A stretch of DNA of 64,000 bases from Octopus vulgaris. Taxonomy: Eukaryota. This document shows, piece by piece, positions 38,447-52,433 of the stretch. Under the pieces are notes generated by a model, which was not told where the DNA came from, did not search any database, and saw only the letters and a list, made by a program, of their open reading frames with translations. The DNA is taken from NCBI GenBank assembly GCA_951406725.2, contig OX597815.1, positions 51,460,001 to 51,524,000 on the forward strand, written 5' to 3'. The stretch's first letter is position 1; each line of letters begins with the position of its first letter. Both the position numbers and the translations under genes were made by a program.

Positions 38447-39119
38447 TATAACAGAGATGATTTATTTCCAAACAACAACCTACAACAATATAACAAAGTC
38501 AATGACAGAAAACATCCTATTTATTCATTGACGTTGTGACTTTATCTCTTTAACTCAACCATAAAATAATATATTACATCATGAACAGTTAATTCTCCTT
38601 ATGTTAATTAATTTTTACTTAATTTTCGATATTAATTAAATTTTATTTAATTTTCACTTACCTTAATTTTATTTTCCTTTATGCTTTAGAAGTGTTCACC
38701 AATTTTCCTGTAAAATAGAATGTTTGTACAACTGAAGATTATACAGAATTGTTTTACACCCACCCACACACACATACATTAACCCACTCACTCTCATATA
38801 TACATGAAAACCTACAAAATACAGTACATAATTACTTGTACATGAAAGTTATTTTCCTTTATGATAATTTTGCAATTATAAACCTCAGAGTAACAATTCA
38901 GAAGGATTATGTAGTGGAACTCACACTACTTTCCATTGACAAATAGCAGGATTGCTACATTGCTACTAAGGTTAAAACATGAAAATTCCTTTAGAACAAA
39001 TCTAGAAAAAAATATATATATATATATACAGAGGAATTTTTATTATCCACATGCAGTGAGTAGTAATGTAAAAAAATATATAAATAAAATAAAAGAAGGA
39101 AAATGCACACACTTTACAT

Positions 39120-40190
39120 AGTTTAAATATATTTTATATTGTGTTTGTCGACTGGTTTCACTTTCGCTAATCATGACATTGAAATTATTGTAATTTTGTA
39201 TTTTCTTAGGAAGATTTTAGTTCATGTTGTGTGTGAAGTTTATGAATGAATGATTCAACAAGTAGAAAAATTGGTAATCATTATTATTGGGGATAGGGGA
39301 GGTAATTGTTCATCTTTCGGGGAGGGGATAAATATACACAAAAACTCAAAAGCTAAAGTAGTGAGGAGAAATATGTGCAGTGATAGGTATGTGATAATGA
39401 ATTAAAATATATACTGAGATCAAAGGTGGTTATGTGTTCATATTTAGACGTGTTCTGTATTTTTTGATGAACAAATTTTCTTTATTTAAATGTTCTTGTA
39501 CTGAAATTGTTTCTTTGCACTGGTTGATGAGGAAAACTGTGAAGTTTGGTTGGATATTACCTGCACATCTCTCTATGTGTTTCACTCAAAGCAATCTATC
39601 TGTATTGCGGGAACTGGATCTTTTCCTTATGTAGTGTGGTTCTCTGTTTCAGTGTCATACTTGCCTGTCCTATATAGTTATGTCCACAACCTGAGCAAGT
39701 TATAACATAAATTAGATTTTTGGAAGCACAAGTTAGTTTTAATTGTGAACCTCTCTCCTTGTTTGAATGGGAATTCTGAGCCTTTCACTAGGCTGGGGCA
39801 TGATCCACAGGATGGGCAGCCACATTTTTTAACCGTTGGTTCTGTGGTTGCTGTGTAAATCCTTGCATTTGTTAGAAGTCTTTTTAGCAATTTGTGTTGC
39901 TTTTTGTATTTAACAAATTTATGTGTTTTCAGAATGTTGTTCATTTTTGGATCTCTAGTGAGCATAGTGATTTTGTACAATAGTGTTGCATGCCTCATTG
40001 ATTCTAGGGTTGTGAGTTGATATATACAATAGTGTTTTGAGATGAGGTATGGTGTTACATTTTGTTGACCTTAGTGTTTTAATGTCTGATTTCTTAGCAC
40101 ATTTAATTCCATTGTTTATAAGTGAGAGTGGATATTGTCTTTCAGTTAGTGCTGTTGTGAAAACGACAGTCCCAAGTATTTCTATCAGAC
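39120..40190 (-). mobile_element. Penelope-like element 3' fragment (Cys-rich linker + GIY-YIG endonuclease + 3' UTR), pseudogenised
   Basis: Minus strand KKCGCPSCGSCP...FTIK, then (frameshift) TCASKNLIYVITCSGCGHNYIGQ..TLKQR..LH and ENLFIKKY..RLN, with stop at 39430-39432. Confidence 0.88.
39146..39178 (-). ncRNA. Minimal type I hammerhead-like motif in the PLE 3' region
   Basis: Minus strand TGTC ATGATTA GC-GAAA-GT GAAAC CA GTC GACA: stem I TGTC/GACA, variant core, stem II, GAAA, stem III and a GUC triplet. Confidence 0.7.
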
Positions 40191-40233
40191 ACTCTTGTGC
40201 AAATCCTTATATATATATATATATATATATATA

Positions 40234-40425
40234 CCCATGTTGGTGCCACATGAAAAGCACCAAATACACTCTGTAAAGTGATTCACATTAGAAAGGGTAT
40301 CCAGCCATAGAAACTATGCCAGAACAGACAATGGGGCCTGGTGTGGGGACCCAGCCTTCCAGGCTGCTGTCAAATTGACCAACACAAGCCAGCATGGAAA
40401 ACAAATGTAAAATGATGATGATGAT
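40234..40425 (+). mobile_element. Short RTE-tail element
   Basis: Begins at one array core (GGTGCCACATGAAAAGCACC) and follows 6735-6930 to a (GAT)n tail. Confidence 0.8.
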
Positions 40426-40645
40426 ATATATATATATATAGATAGATATGAATATTATGTGCATGTGTGTGTATTTACATTTTATATGCATAAAACAGAG
40501 AACATTAGCTGAATGGAAGACTCAGTTACAGGTGTAGAAGCTTGATATTTAATTGAAATCCCTTTGAAGCTGCGCTGAATTGTGTATGTTAAACTGGGAG
40601 TTTGAATAAGACACACACATAGCAAAACTTCAAAAAGATTATCGA

Positions 40646-42192
40646 TACATGGTCATGTGTTTCAGTTTTCATTTGTGTATGTGTGTGTGCTTGTCTGTCC
40701 ATATTATCTATGTACCTATCTATCTCTTTACTTACATATCCATTTATCTACCTACCTACATATATATATTTACATAACAGCTTACTAACAACTCTACCTG
40801 CGTACATGGGGATATACTCCTGTATTTGTCCACATCTCCAACTGGCCTCTTCATGACCTCATGGGACAGGAAACTGAAACAAGCCTTAGCAGAGCAATCC
40901 ACAATTGTTTTGCTTTACTGTAGGCATGGAGATGACAATATTCTTGTTAGGACAAACTCTAGTAACTGTAATATAGAAACTGAGAGGAGTATAATGGAGA
41001 GCATCCAGCACATAGCTAACTCCATCCACCAAAGTATTAAGGTAACTATAGATTACTCCACTAGGCACCCTAATAATAGATTCCCTGTCCTTGATACTGA
41101 ACTTTGGTTAAAGGCTGTGAACAACAGAGTGCAGCTCCTACACTCCTATTATATGAAACCCATAGCCTCTAAATGTGTTGTTCACAAAAACTCAGCTTTG
41201 TCACGCAATGTAAAAATCAACATAGTGATAACAGACTTAGTTACGATGATGAACAATGTGTCCCCACTATGCGAACCTTATGAAACAAAGAAACATGTAC
41301 AGAACTTAATGCCCTGCATGTAATTCTCTGGATATGATCAGAAAGAGAGGGTTCGGATATACAGGGGAGCTAGAAAGAAGTTAAATAGCATTATATATAA
41401 TGAAACCAGTGGTACCTACCCTAGATATGGAAGTAAAGACTGGAGCAGGACACAAAGAGTTTGTGACAAGTCAAACAGGGTGAACATGTGGTAAAAGATT
41501 GACAAATATCAAGGAGTGATGTTTGTAGAGGCTGCAGTCCATGGAGGACTAGCCCGAAGACTTAGGAAAGCTCTGAAGGAGGCCAAACTCAACTCCATCA
41601 AATCACAACTATGTAGGACATACTCCTTTGAGAAAACCACAAGCACCAATGATAACTGTATGGTATCTAAGATTAACCCTGGCATTAACCGTAGAAGTAG
41701 AAATGTAGTCTACAGCATAAGGTGCATAGAGGGTGTTTGTAAATACAAGAATATGATATACATAGGTGAAACATCTAGAAGCATTGCAGAAAGACTACAT
41801 GAACATTTGAGACAATATGATGACAAAAACAGTCATCCATACTCTACCAAAATGCCAAAGACCAATACAGAGGCACATTGGATCAACTTGAGATCCAAAT
41901 TTTATCCAAGCATCCAAAGGACCCAACACTCAAAAACAGGAGTACATCCTCATAAATGAAACATCCCCAGTACTAAATATGACATATATGTAGAAGGTAG
42001 TCATACCCCAATACCCACAGTTTATATATACACAGGTAGAGCTGTTAGTAGGCTGTTATGTAGACGTATATATATATGTATGTAGATAAATGGATATGTA
42101 AATAAACGATAAATACATAGATAGGTAATACAGAGAGACAAGCACACATACACATGCATACACAAATAAAGACTGAAACACCTGACCATATA
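40646..42192 (+). mobile_element. Penelope-like element remnant (RT C-half + GIY-YIG) between inverted terminal repeats
   Basis: GDDNIL, SIKVTIDY..PVLDTELW, YYMKPIAS..HKNSALS, NVVYSIRC..C..IYIGETSRSIAERLHEH. 40646-40807 is a diverged reverse complement of 42027-42192. Confidence 0.85.
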
Positions 42193-42408
42193 CATGTACA
42201 CACTTTACACACACATAAGGACACATATGGAGACACACATTCATTCATAACAGATGCACATACAGTCACACAAACCCATAGACAGACTCAAACATGCACA
42301 CAGGGAGACAGAGATACACACAAATACACACTTAAAAACACAAACACAAACATACATACATACATACATACATACAAACATGAACACACAAACACATGAA
42401 TATGCAGA

Positions 42409-42445
<37 letters not shown>

Positions 42446-42690
42446 TAAACACACACACACATAAATGTGTACATACATATGTGTATACACATGCACACTG
42501 ATGCACACATATGTACACAAATAAACAAACAAAAAAAGCACAGTTCTGATAACAGACAGAATCAACAACTATTGAAGAAGTTGCAAGATGCAATGAAACT
42601 TTTAGAAAAATAGATAAGTAAATGAATGGAAATCAAACTGGTGAGTGTGTTAAGTAATAAGGCACTAAAAGAGAATGACTCTCCCCAGAC

Positions 42691-42766
<76 letters not shown>

Positions 42767-43272
42767 AGAGAGAGAGAGAGAGAGAGATGTATATATAAAA
42801 AATTTTGTGTGATAGTGTGTGTGTGTGTGTATTGCGTTGTATGGAAATCACTATAATATAGTTAGCGCTTTTAGCATACTTCAAACCTGGTTTAGCCCGT
42901 CACTCTCCAGGTCTGATCACAGTCAATTTCTTGCAGAAAGTGAGAGACAGACCAACAGGAAAGAAAGAGATAGAAGAAGCAAGGAATTAACCCTAGTACA
43001 GTACTGATAGTTTATTTATCAGTCCTGAAAGGAACAAATAAATTTGACCCCAGAGGTGTTTGAACTCTGAGAGCAAAGGATCATAACAAATACAGCAAAG
43101 CTATCTATCTGACACCCTAACTACTCTGCCAGTTCAGCTGTGTGAGTGTGTGTCTACATAAACACAAATATGTATGTATGTATGTATAGGTATATATGTA
43201 TACAAGTATATATGTACATATATATACATGTATGCATACAGGTACATATTTATGTGCATGCATGTATATAAA

Positions 43273-43316
<44 letters not shown>

Positions 43317-43528
43317 TGTGTGTGTATGTATATATATAGGTGTGTATGTAAGTATGTATATGTGTGTGTGTATATATATATAAATATAAAGAGAAAATGA
43401 GAGAGAGACATGCACACATATGTGTGTATGTGCATTATTCAGAGTGAAGGAGGGGGACTAGAGACAATTATCAAGACATGCATCTTATATGTACATATAT
43501 ATGAGAGAGGCAGAGAAAGAGAGAGAAA

Positions 43529-43591
<63 letters not shown>

Positions 43592-44616
43592 TATTGTCAA
43601 AGCTTACAATATTCAAAACATGCTATAAAGGAAAAGGCCTTTTCTTCTAATTATTGGTCAGACTAGATTCAAATGGAAAGATAATTGTTCTTGCGGTTGA
43701 TTTCATATTTTTAATGACAAAGGTTGTTTAGGCAGCAACAATATAATAGCCTAGAAAAGGAGGGAAGATTAAATGTAAGAAAGAACACAAGAAAAGCAGA
43801 ACAGTTGGCAAGGAAGGAAACCATTTTCTTTAACATTTCTGCATTAGTCTAGCAGTTAGATATTGTTTAGTTGTGTATATACATATAAGAGTTTGTTGTG
43901 TTTATGTGTGCATTTATTTGATTTTGTGTCTGCATCTATGAATATATGTATATGTGTAGATATAAGTAATGTAGTGGCTGTGTGTGTAGACATGTATGCT
44001 TTTGCATTTCCATAAATCTATGTACGTTAGTGCATCTGTTGTGGAGGAGCTATGTGTGTATGTATATAAATATACGTAGGCACATATATGTGTATATTTG
44101 TTGTGTGAGTATATGTGTAGATATGAGTGTAACTGACTGTGTGTACATATAAGTGAGAGATGTATGTCTATGTGCATGTGTGTGTGTCCGTCTGTGTGTG
44201 TGTGTGTGTGTGTGTGTAGTGGGGAATAACTGATTTACTGTATATGCACAAGTATAGTGGAACTGTTTGTGCATGTGTGTACATGTAAGTGTGTGTGTGT
44301 TTGAGTCAATGTGTGAATGAATGAACAGTTGATGTGACCACAATAAGTGTGTATATGCAGAAAAATGTATTTATATATGTGTACATGTGTGCATGCCTTA
44401 CTGTGTATATGTGGAGCAGTAAGTGGGTGAATATAAATGTGTGTAGATTATATGTAAGTGAGCATTTGCACATGTGTGTGAATGATTTATGTATATAATA
44501 TGTACATGTGTGATACTGGTCTGTTGGTGCATGTTTAGGTGTGTTTAATGTGTGAATGAATGGCTACTTAAAGCAATTAGTGTGTGTTAGTATATATATG
44601 TGTGTGTGTGTGTGTG

Positions 44617-44690
<74 letters not shown>

Positions 44691-44945
44691 TATAATGTGT
44701 GTATGTACATCATTGTTCCTACTCAGTTCAGTCCTCATCAAGAAGACCTATGATCAAATAGGTTCCAGGCATGACCATTCCATCTTTTCTTCAGACATAA
44801 TGCATCAAGGACCACATTGCCCAATGTATCCTCTTGTGATCTGAAGGAGATTTAAATACTATTAACAGCTGATAATGCAAGAATACAGAGGCTCCATCAT
44901 TAGCTGTAAGTGTTTTTGCCTGAATGTCCATACAAACATATTTTA

Positions 44946-44976
<31 letters not shown>

Positions 44977-44999
44977 TGTATGTATGTGTGTATATATAA

Positions 45000-45067
<68 letters not shown>

Positions 45068-45317
45068 AAAGAGAGAGAAAGAGAAAGAGAGAGAGAGAGA
45101 GACATGGACAAGTGAAAGTAAAAGGTACACAACACATTTAGTAAGAGTTACATGTATTATTTAAAGCAGTTTAATTCATTCTCCTGTATTTTCCATTCAA
45201 TAACCTAAAGCCTGAAAGAGACTGGCTTCTGTTAGAGGCCTGTAAAACTTGAAGAAACATGGAGCTGAACCAAACTGTTTTAAATAATTTATATATATCG
45301 GACGCTAAATGATGATA

Positions 45318-45369
<52 letters not shown>

Positions 45370-45374
45370 TAATT

Positions 45375-45600
45375 ATTATCATCATTTTTATGTTTACATT
45401 TCCATCTTGCATTGGACAGATGGAATTCCTTGAGCCAGATTTTCTATGGCTGGATGCCTTTCCTATCACCAAGCCACCACTTGTTTCCAAGCAAGCTAAT
45501 TTTCCCATGGCAAGGCATGTTTTTCAAGAAAACTGGAAATAAACAATATCGCTTCTACAACAGTGATGCTTGTTTGCAACCATCACATGATATTGTGACC
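45375..45600 (-). mobile_element. SINE-like element sharing the RTE 3' motif and GAT tail
   Basis: Minus strand GGAAAGGCATCCAGCCATAGAAA followed by a GATGGAAATGTAAACATAAAAATGATGAT end. The upstream body differs from the RTE. Confidence 0.6.
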
Positions 45601-45654
45601 TGGGTGCACAAATACACACACACACACACACATACATATATATTTATATATGTA

Positions 45655-46506
45655 CAGGGTGCAATGGGTAAATTGTTGCCATTTCATATCTCTGATTTCA
45701 CGCATGCACATTGTTTGTTTTTGTTTTTGTCAACTACACAGTATAGTAGGGTCAGTTGGATACTGTCAGTGAGAAAAACAGCACCATGATGCAATTCATT
45801 TTACCAGAATTTTGGAAACGACATGCTGTACTGCTTGGCACTCATGCTAGAAGCTCCAATACGAACATTTCTGAGTGTTTGAATATCAATCTGAGGACAT
45901 GTACAGAGATAGATAAAAATCAAACATCCAGTCAACATCATGGTGTTTGAAGTGATCACTAGTGATGGCAACATTATGCCTTCATCCATCTTTCCACATG
46001 GTCTCAGACTTAATATGGAGGCCTACATCAAGTGCCTGGAGTCAAGAGGGCGGCTGCTGGAAAACCATATGTCTGGCAACAACATGCTGCATCATGCCAC
46101 ACAAGCAGGAGAACCCAGTCATAGCTGTCAGACAATTTCTGCAACCACATCACCCCTAACATCTGGCCACCTAACTCTCCAGACTGCAAACCCCTTGATT
46201 ATTATGTGTGGGGTGCAGTTAAGCAAGAGACCAGAAAAACTCATTGTAACACTAAAGATGAACTGAAGGCAAGGATTATGGCAGCATTCACCAACTTAAA
46301 CAAGAAAGGTATACAGAAGCATTGTAGGAGATTCCAAAGTCATCTGAAGGCCATAGTTGAAGCTAATGGTAATTTTATTGAATAAATTTACTCTTTAGTA
46401 CTTCAAGATATTTTTCTTATTTTGGTAAATATGTCTGTTAAAATGAGATGTCAGTGTTATTTTCATTTTTGAGTAATTTAGACAACAGTTTATTCACAGC
46501 ACCCTA
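45655..46506 (+). mobile_element. Internally deleted Tc1/mariner-superfamily element
   Basis: TA|CAGGGTGCAATGGGTAAATTG ... CAGTTTATTCACAGCACCCTA|TA. Transposase remnants MVFEVITSDGNIMP, IWPPNSPDCKPLDYYVWGAV, KDELKARIMAAF. Confidence 0.9.
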
Positions 46507-46546
46507 TATTTATGCCTGTATGTATGTATATGTGTGGTGTGAGTAG

Positions 46547-46547
<1 letters not shown>

Positions 46548-46616
<69 letters not shown>
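46548..46616. repeat. (GATA)n microsatellite
   Basis: Direct inspection. Confidence 0.97.
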
Positions 46617-46999
46617 TTCATATATGTAACCTTATATGCATATGTGTATGCACAAATCCCACTGTGCATGTGTGTGTGTGTATTTGCATATTTAATGATT
46701 TAAATTGTTGTGTACAGATATTTGTAAGCATGCACAAGCACACACGCACATGCACGCATCCATATTCAACAAAAACAGGTTTTCAGATTTTTACCCCTCC
46801 CTTAAGTAACATATGTTGGCTAGGTTTACAAATTCTTGTTAAATCAGCAGCTTTAGATTGTAGGTACCATGTTTGTTAATCTAAGAAGACATAAATGGTA
46901 GCAGTGAAATAGGAAAATTTTGGCAATAACCCCATCATCATTAATATTATGAAATCAATACTATCTCAGTGACTATAATGGAGAGAAACTGCTGCTGGT

Positions 47000-48340
<1,341 letters not shown>

Positions 48341-51300
48341 ATAATACACCTATGTGGAAAATTATGAAGGTGACAACAGAAAACAAGGTTCTTCCTTCTG
48401 CACTACAATCAACTTAGACCTCATCATCATCATCATCAATGAATGTTAAATGATGATGGTGAAAAGCCAGAAGACTGCACCCAGGTTTCACTGTCAGTTT
48501 TGGCATGGCATTTATGGCTGGGTGCCCTTCTTAACACCAACCACCTTACAGAGTAGACTGAGTGCTTTTTACAAAGCACCAGCAAGATCTGTTTTGGAAT
48601 GGTTTTTATGGCTGGATGCCCTTGCTAATGTGAAGGACCATTGGTGTCTGCATGGTCATCCCTTTCTGTAGAATCTAGAACTTCTCTCACATTACCAGTA
48701 CATATCACATCAATGTAGTTGAGCCAATGAGGGGACCTTTTACAAGGACCAGTTATAGTAGAGTACCTATGACTAGTACCCTACTATCGTAACAAAGGAA
48801 AGACATATTGGCCAAAATAGTCATAGATATACAGGAAGATAGAATGACCCTAGCTGAAATCCCATTCTTTAGAGGTTTGGGGCTTAACAGAAGTTTCACT
48901 ATAACAGGGATTGAAAATATTCTACCATCTATCATATACCAATCCTGCTCTTACCATGACCCTCCAATCTTTTGTAAATTATCCAATATGTCTTTTCTTT
49001 TTTAAGATTTAAAGGAAATTTGGTTGTAATTTCTAACAAACTAAACAGCCGTGCAGAGGTTCCCACAAAGACTAAATCTTTTTTTTTTTTTTTTTATGAT
49101 TTACAATGCTGGTAATGAACATTTTACTGTAAAAACGAAGTAGAATTCAAACTATATTTCATTAATAGAATTTGTAAAGTAAGATAAGATGTGTGATGGG
49201 AGGTGACTTTTAATGCTTCAAGCAGGGCCATTCTTTGAAGAAATAAGAATTGAAATTTTTCAGGATTTTATATTGGGGTAGGCATTTTTGCTATATTTCA
49301 AACAGCCTCCAACTTGAAACCCCATAGCTTTTACTTTCTTTTTGCATTTTTACAGTGTAAATCTATTACATATTACTGTATAGCTAACATTTTACAGTCA
49401 TACTGTATCACAGAGTTTATACAAACATGAGAAAATTTCCCTTTGTGTAAAGACAATCTCTTCATGGCTTTATGAATACAAGTTCTATAAAATTATTTCC
49501 AGCCACAATGAAATTAAGTCAAAATGTCATTATTGACCAGCAATGATTCATTGACCTCATTAACTCTGATGCATCACTGCAGCCAACAGAGTCAATGTAT
49601 TGTGTGTCCTGTGTGTTTTGATAGAGCATTTAGTGCAGAAAAACAAGTGCAATTGTTGTAGGATAGCCATGGTCAGCACTGCTTGATAAGTCCTATTGCT
49701 TGGAGACAACTGATTTAACATAGCATTCACACAGCTACCTGTATGACACATGTTTTCTATACAGGACTATTTTTTTTTATTGAGGCACTCTGCCATGTTA
49801 AAGATGATATGGAGAATTTTGAAGCAGATTTGGTGATTACATCAAAAAAGACAAGTAACTATGGAAATACCTCCATCTCATTTAAAACTACCTTGTATGG
49901 TGATGATCTATCTAAAGTACATATCAAACCCCTGATACTACCAAAACAACATAGCTACACTTATCTTTGCATTTTTATTTTGTCTTTATTTTTCTAAATA
50001 TATGATACATTTTATGATGTGACATGTAAATAATCACCACTTCCTCACACTCTCACCGGAATTTATTTCATCAATCCTGAAGTGAATGAAGTAGCAAGAT
50101 GAAAGTAGCATAATTTTAACTCAGAAACTGAAATAGATACCTTAAGAAACTAGCAAAAACCTGCACAGAGTGCCCTTGAGCAAGACTTATTAAATTGCTG
50201 TTGTGATGCTAAACTCCAGTTGATAAATGGCAATTTATATTTTAAGCTTATCATCATGCTCATTCATGTTATAATTCCATTCCTCATGAGGGCAGAGGAA
50301 GTTTTAAATGTTCCACCATAATTCAGGTAATTTTGACTTACATCTATTTTTCATATCACGGATATTAATTGTGAAAGTTGTGGTATCAGTATCAAAGAAC
50401 AACAACAACAACAGATTTTATGTTTATTTGAAACTTGCTAGCATGAGGTAAATAGATCTGCACTGACATTAAGGATTTTCAAAGTTAGTTACACTTCATG
50501 GTACAAACAAGCATCTGATGAAGTATTTCCCTGTCAGGAAAGTTCAGTCAACACTTGTGTATTTTACCAAAGCAAGGTTTGAACAGTGATGAAAAAGTTA
50601 TGAGTACTGCTTTCTCTTATCATGCTTTCTAGTTTATGTATTAGTAAGGTTCAAATATAAGTGCATGTGTGTGTGTGTGTGTGTGTGTGCGTGTGTGTGT
50701 CTTTAAAGTTATTTTAAAGATGTACAGATTTGTATGTGTGTATAGATAATTTAATGAAAATATTTTGTTAGGTTTAAAAAACCACTTCATCTAATTAAAC
50801 TTTGCAAAAATGGTAGGTTATTTCCACTACACAGAATTTATTCAAGAGAAAAAGGATAGTGGTAATATTTCAGAAAGTTTTCTAGTCCCAATAACAAAAT
50901 TAATAGCCAATATCAGGAGAAAAATTAACAAAGATAGGTAGGTAACAATAAATATTAACTTGGCTTAAAATTTCTGTTGTAAATAGTGGCATTTTAAAAT
51001 GATATTTCTGCAATAGAGAAATTGATTTCTGACTGTGTTAAATCAATTAGATTACGGAAATTCCTTCATCTTATCTTTCATTATATTATTGTCTGGACAC
51101 CAGCAAACTGGAACAAAATTTTAGTGAAGAAAGCTTACAAGCAATATGACATGATATATGGAGGTCATCAATGTTATAATCCATTCTAGCTATTATTGGT
51201 ACACAGCCTCCAGTGTATTAGTGGTCACTCAATGAATTATTTATATCATTACAGTCCCCCTAAAGCCAGAGGCACTCTGGACACGAAGTTCTAATGAAAA

Positions 51301-51659
51301 GACCTCAATTAACAGTTGGTTACTTGCATTACAGTGAACAGTTCACCCCCTCCCTCCATGACCATCATTATTCAAGCGGAAGCCAGCAAGGGGGTGACAC
51401 AAGCAGAATAGACATAAATGACTGAACTCTGACACAAAACTGTCTTTTAACAAATATCTAATAAAGATAGAAACAAAAATATCATAACAACATTTAGTAC
51501 AATGCAATAGCAGCTACATATTAGGGTGATGACAGAAGTTTCAAGTATGAGTCTTTATACAAGATGTTAAGTTGAAAAATCTCATTGTGTTTAAGTAAAG
51601 GTCAAGAATCCATTTTTCTCATGAGTTATTTAACTGAATATTCGATCACATTCTTCAAT

Positions 51660-51712
51660 TTGTTTGAACACAGCCGGTGTCTTCTTGTTTGAACACAGCC
51701 AGTGTCTTCTTG
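51660..51712. repeat. 25-bp tandem duplication
   Basis: TTGTTTGAACACAGCC(G/A)GTGTCTTC x2, one mismatch. Confidence 0.9.
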
Positions 51713-52369
51713 GCTTTTCTGCTACACCAATAAGAAGTAATTAATGTCTACCCTCTTGTTGATTTACAAACTACTATCAAAGATTAATGACGTTGGCATA
51801 ACCAAGGTGAGACAGTTCAGAAGCCCCAAAACAGAAAAGTTCACTCACTGTTTTGCATGAATTAATTTCTTAGATATATCATAAGTTAAGATATAAAGAT
51901 GGAATGAAATGCCATGAAACATCTTAAAATGTATACTTGACTTACGTCCTAGGTTTCACACCTGAAATTATTATTTATCTGATTGAAATTTTTCAATAAG
52001 ACAATTAATCTTTTTTTTTCTTTTTCTTTCTTTTTTTCTTTTCTTTTCTTTTTTATTTGAAAGTAGCTCTTAATGAAGCAACATGGAAACTTTCTGCAAG
52101 TTTTACTTATGGAAAGTAGAGACTAAAGTAAATTGTTCACATTAGAAATGAGTAAAGAGGTATCTATCTCTTGCATCTTCATATCAACAGAGATTGCCTT
52201 ATACAAAACTCCTTGCTTGAAGCTATTTAGAAAACTAATAATCTAATAACACTACATGGAAGCAACAGAGATATAGGGGTCATTAATTAGATTTCAGAAT
52301 AACATTTGCATCTGTCCTCATTTTTATTTTCAGAGACATCCATAATTTTAGAATACAGTTAAGAATTGA

Positions 52370-52433
52370 AAATAAAAATACAATGATAAATAAAAATACA
52401 ATGATAAATAAAAATACAATGATAAATAAAAAT
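52370..52433. repeat. 18-bp tandem repeat x3.5
   Basis: AATAAAAATACAATGATA repeated perfectly. Confidence 0.9.
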
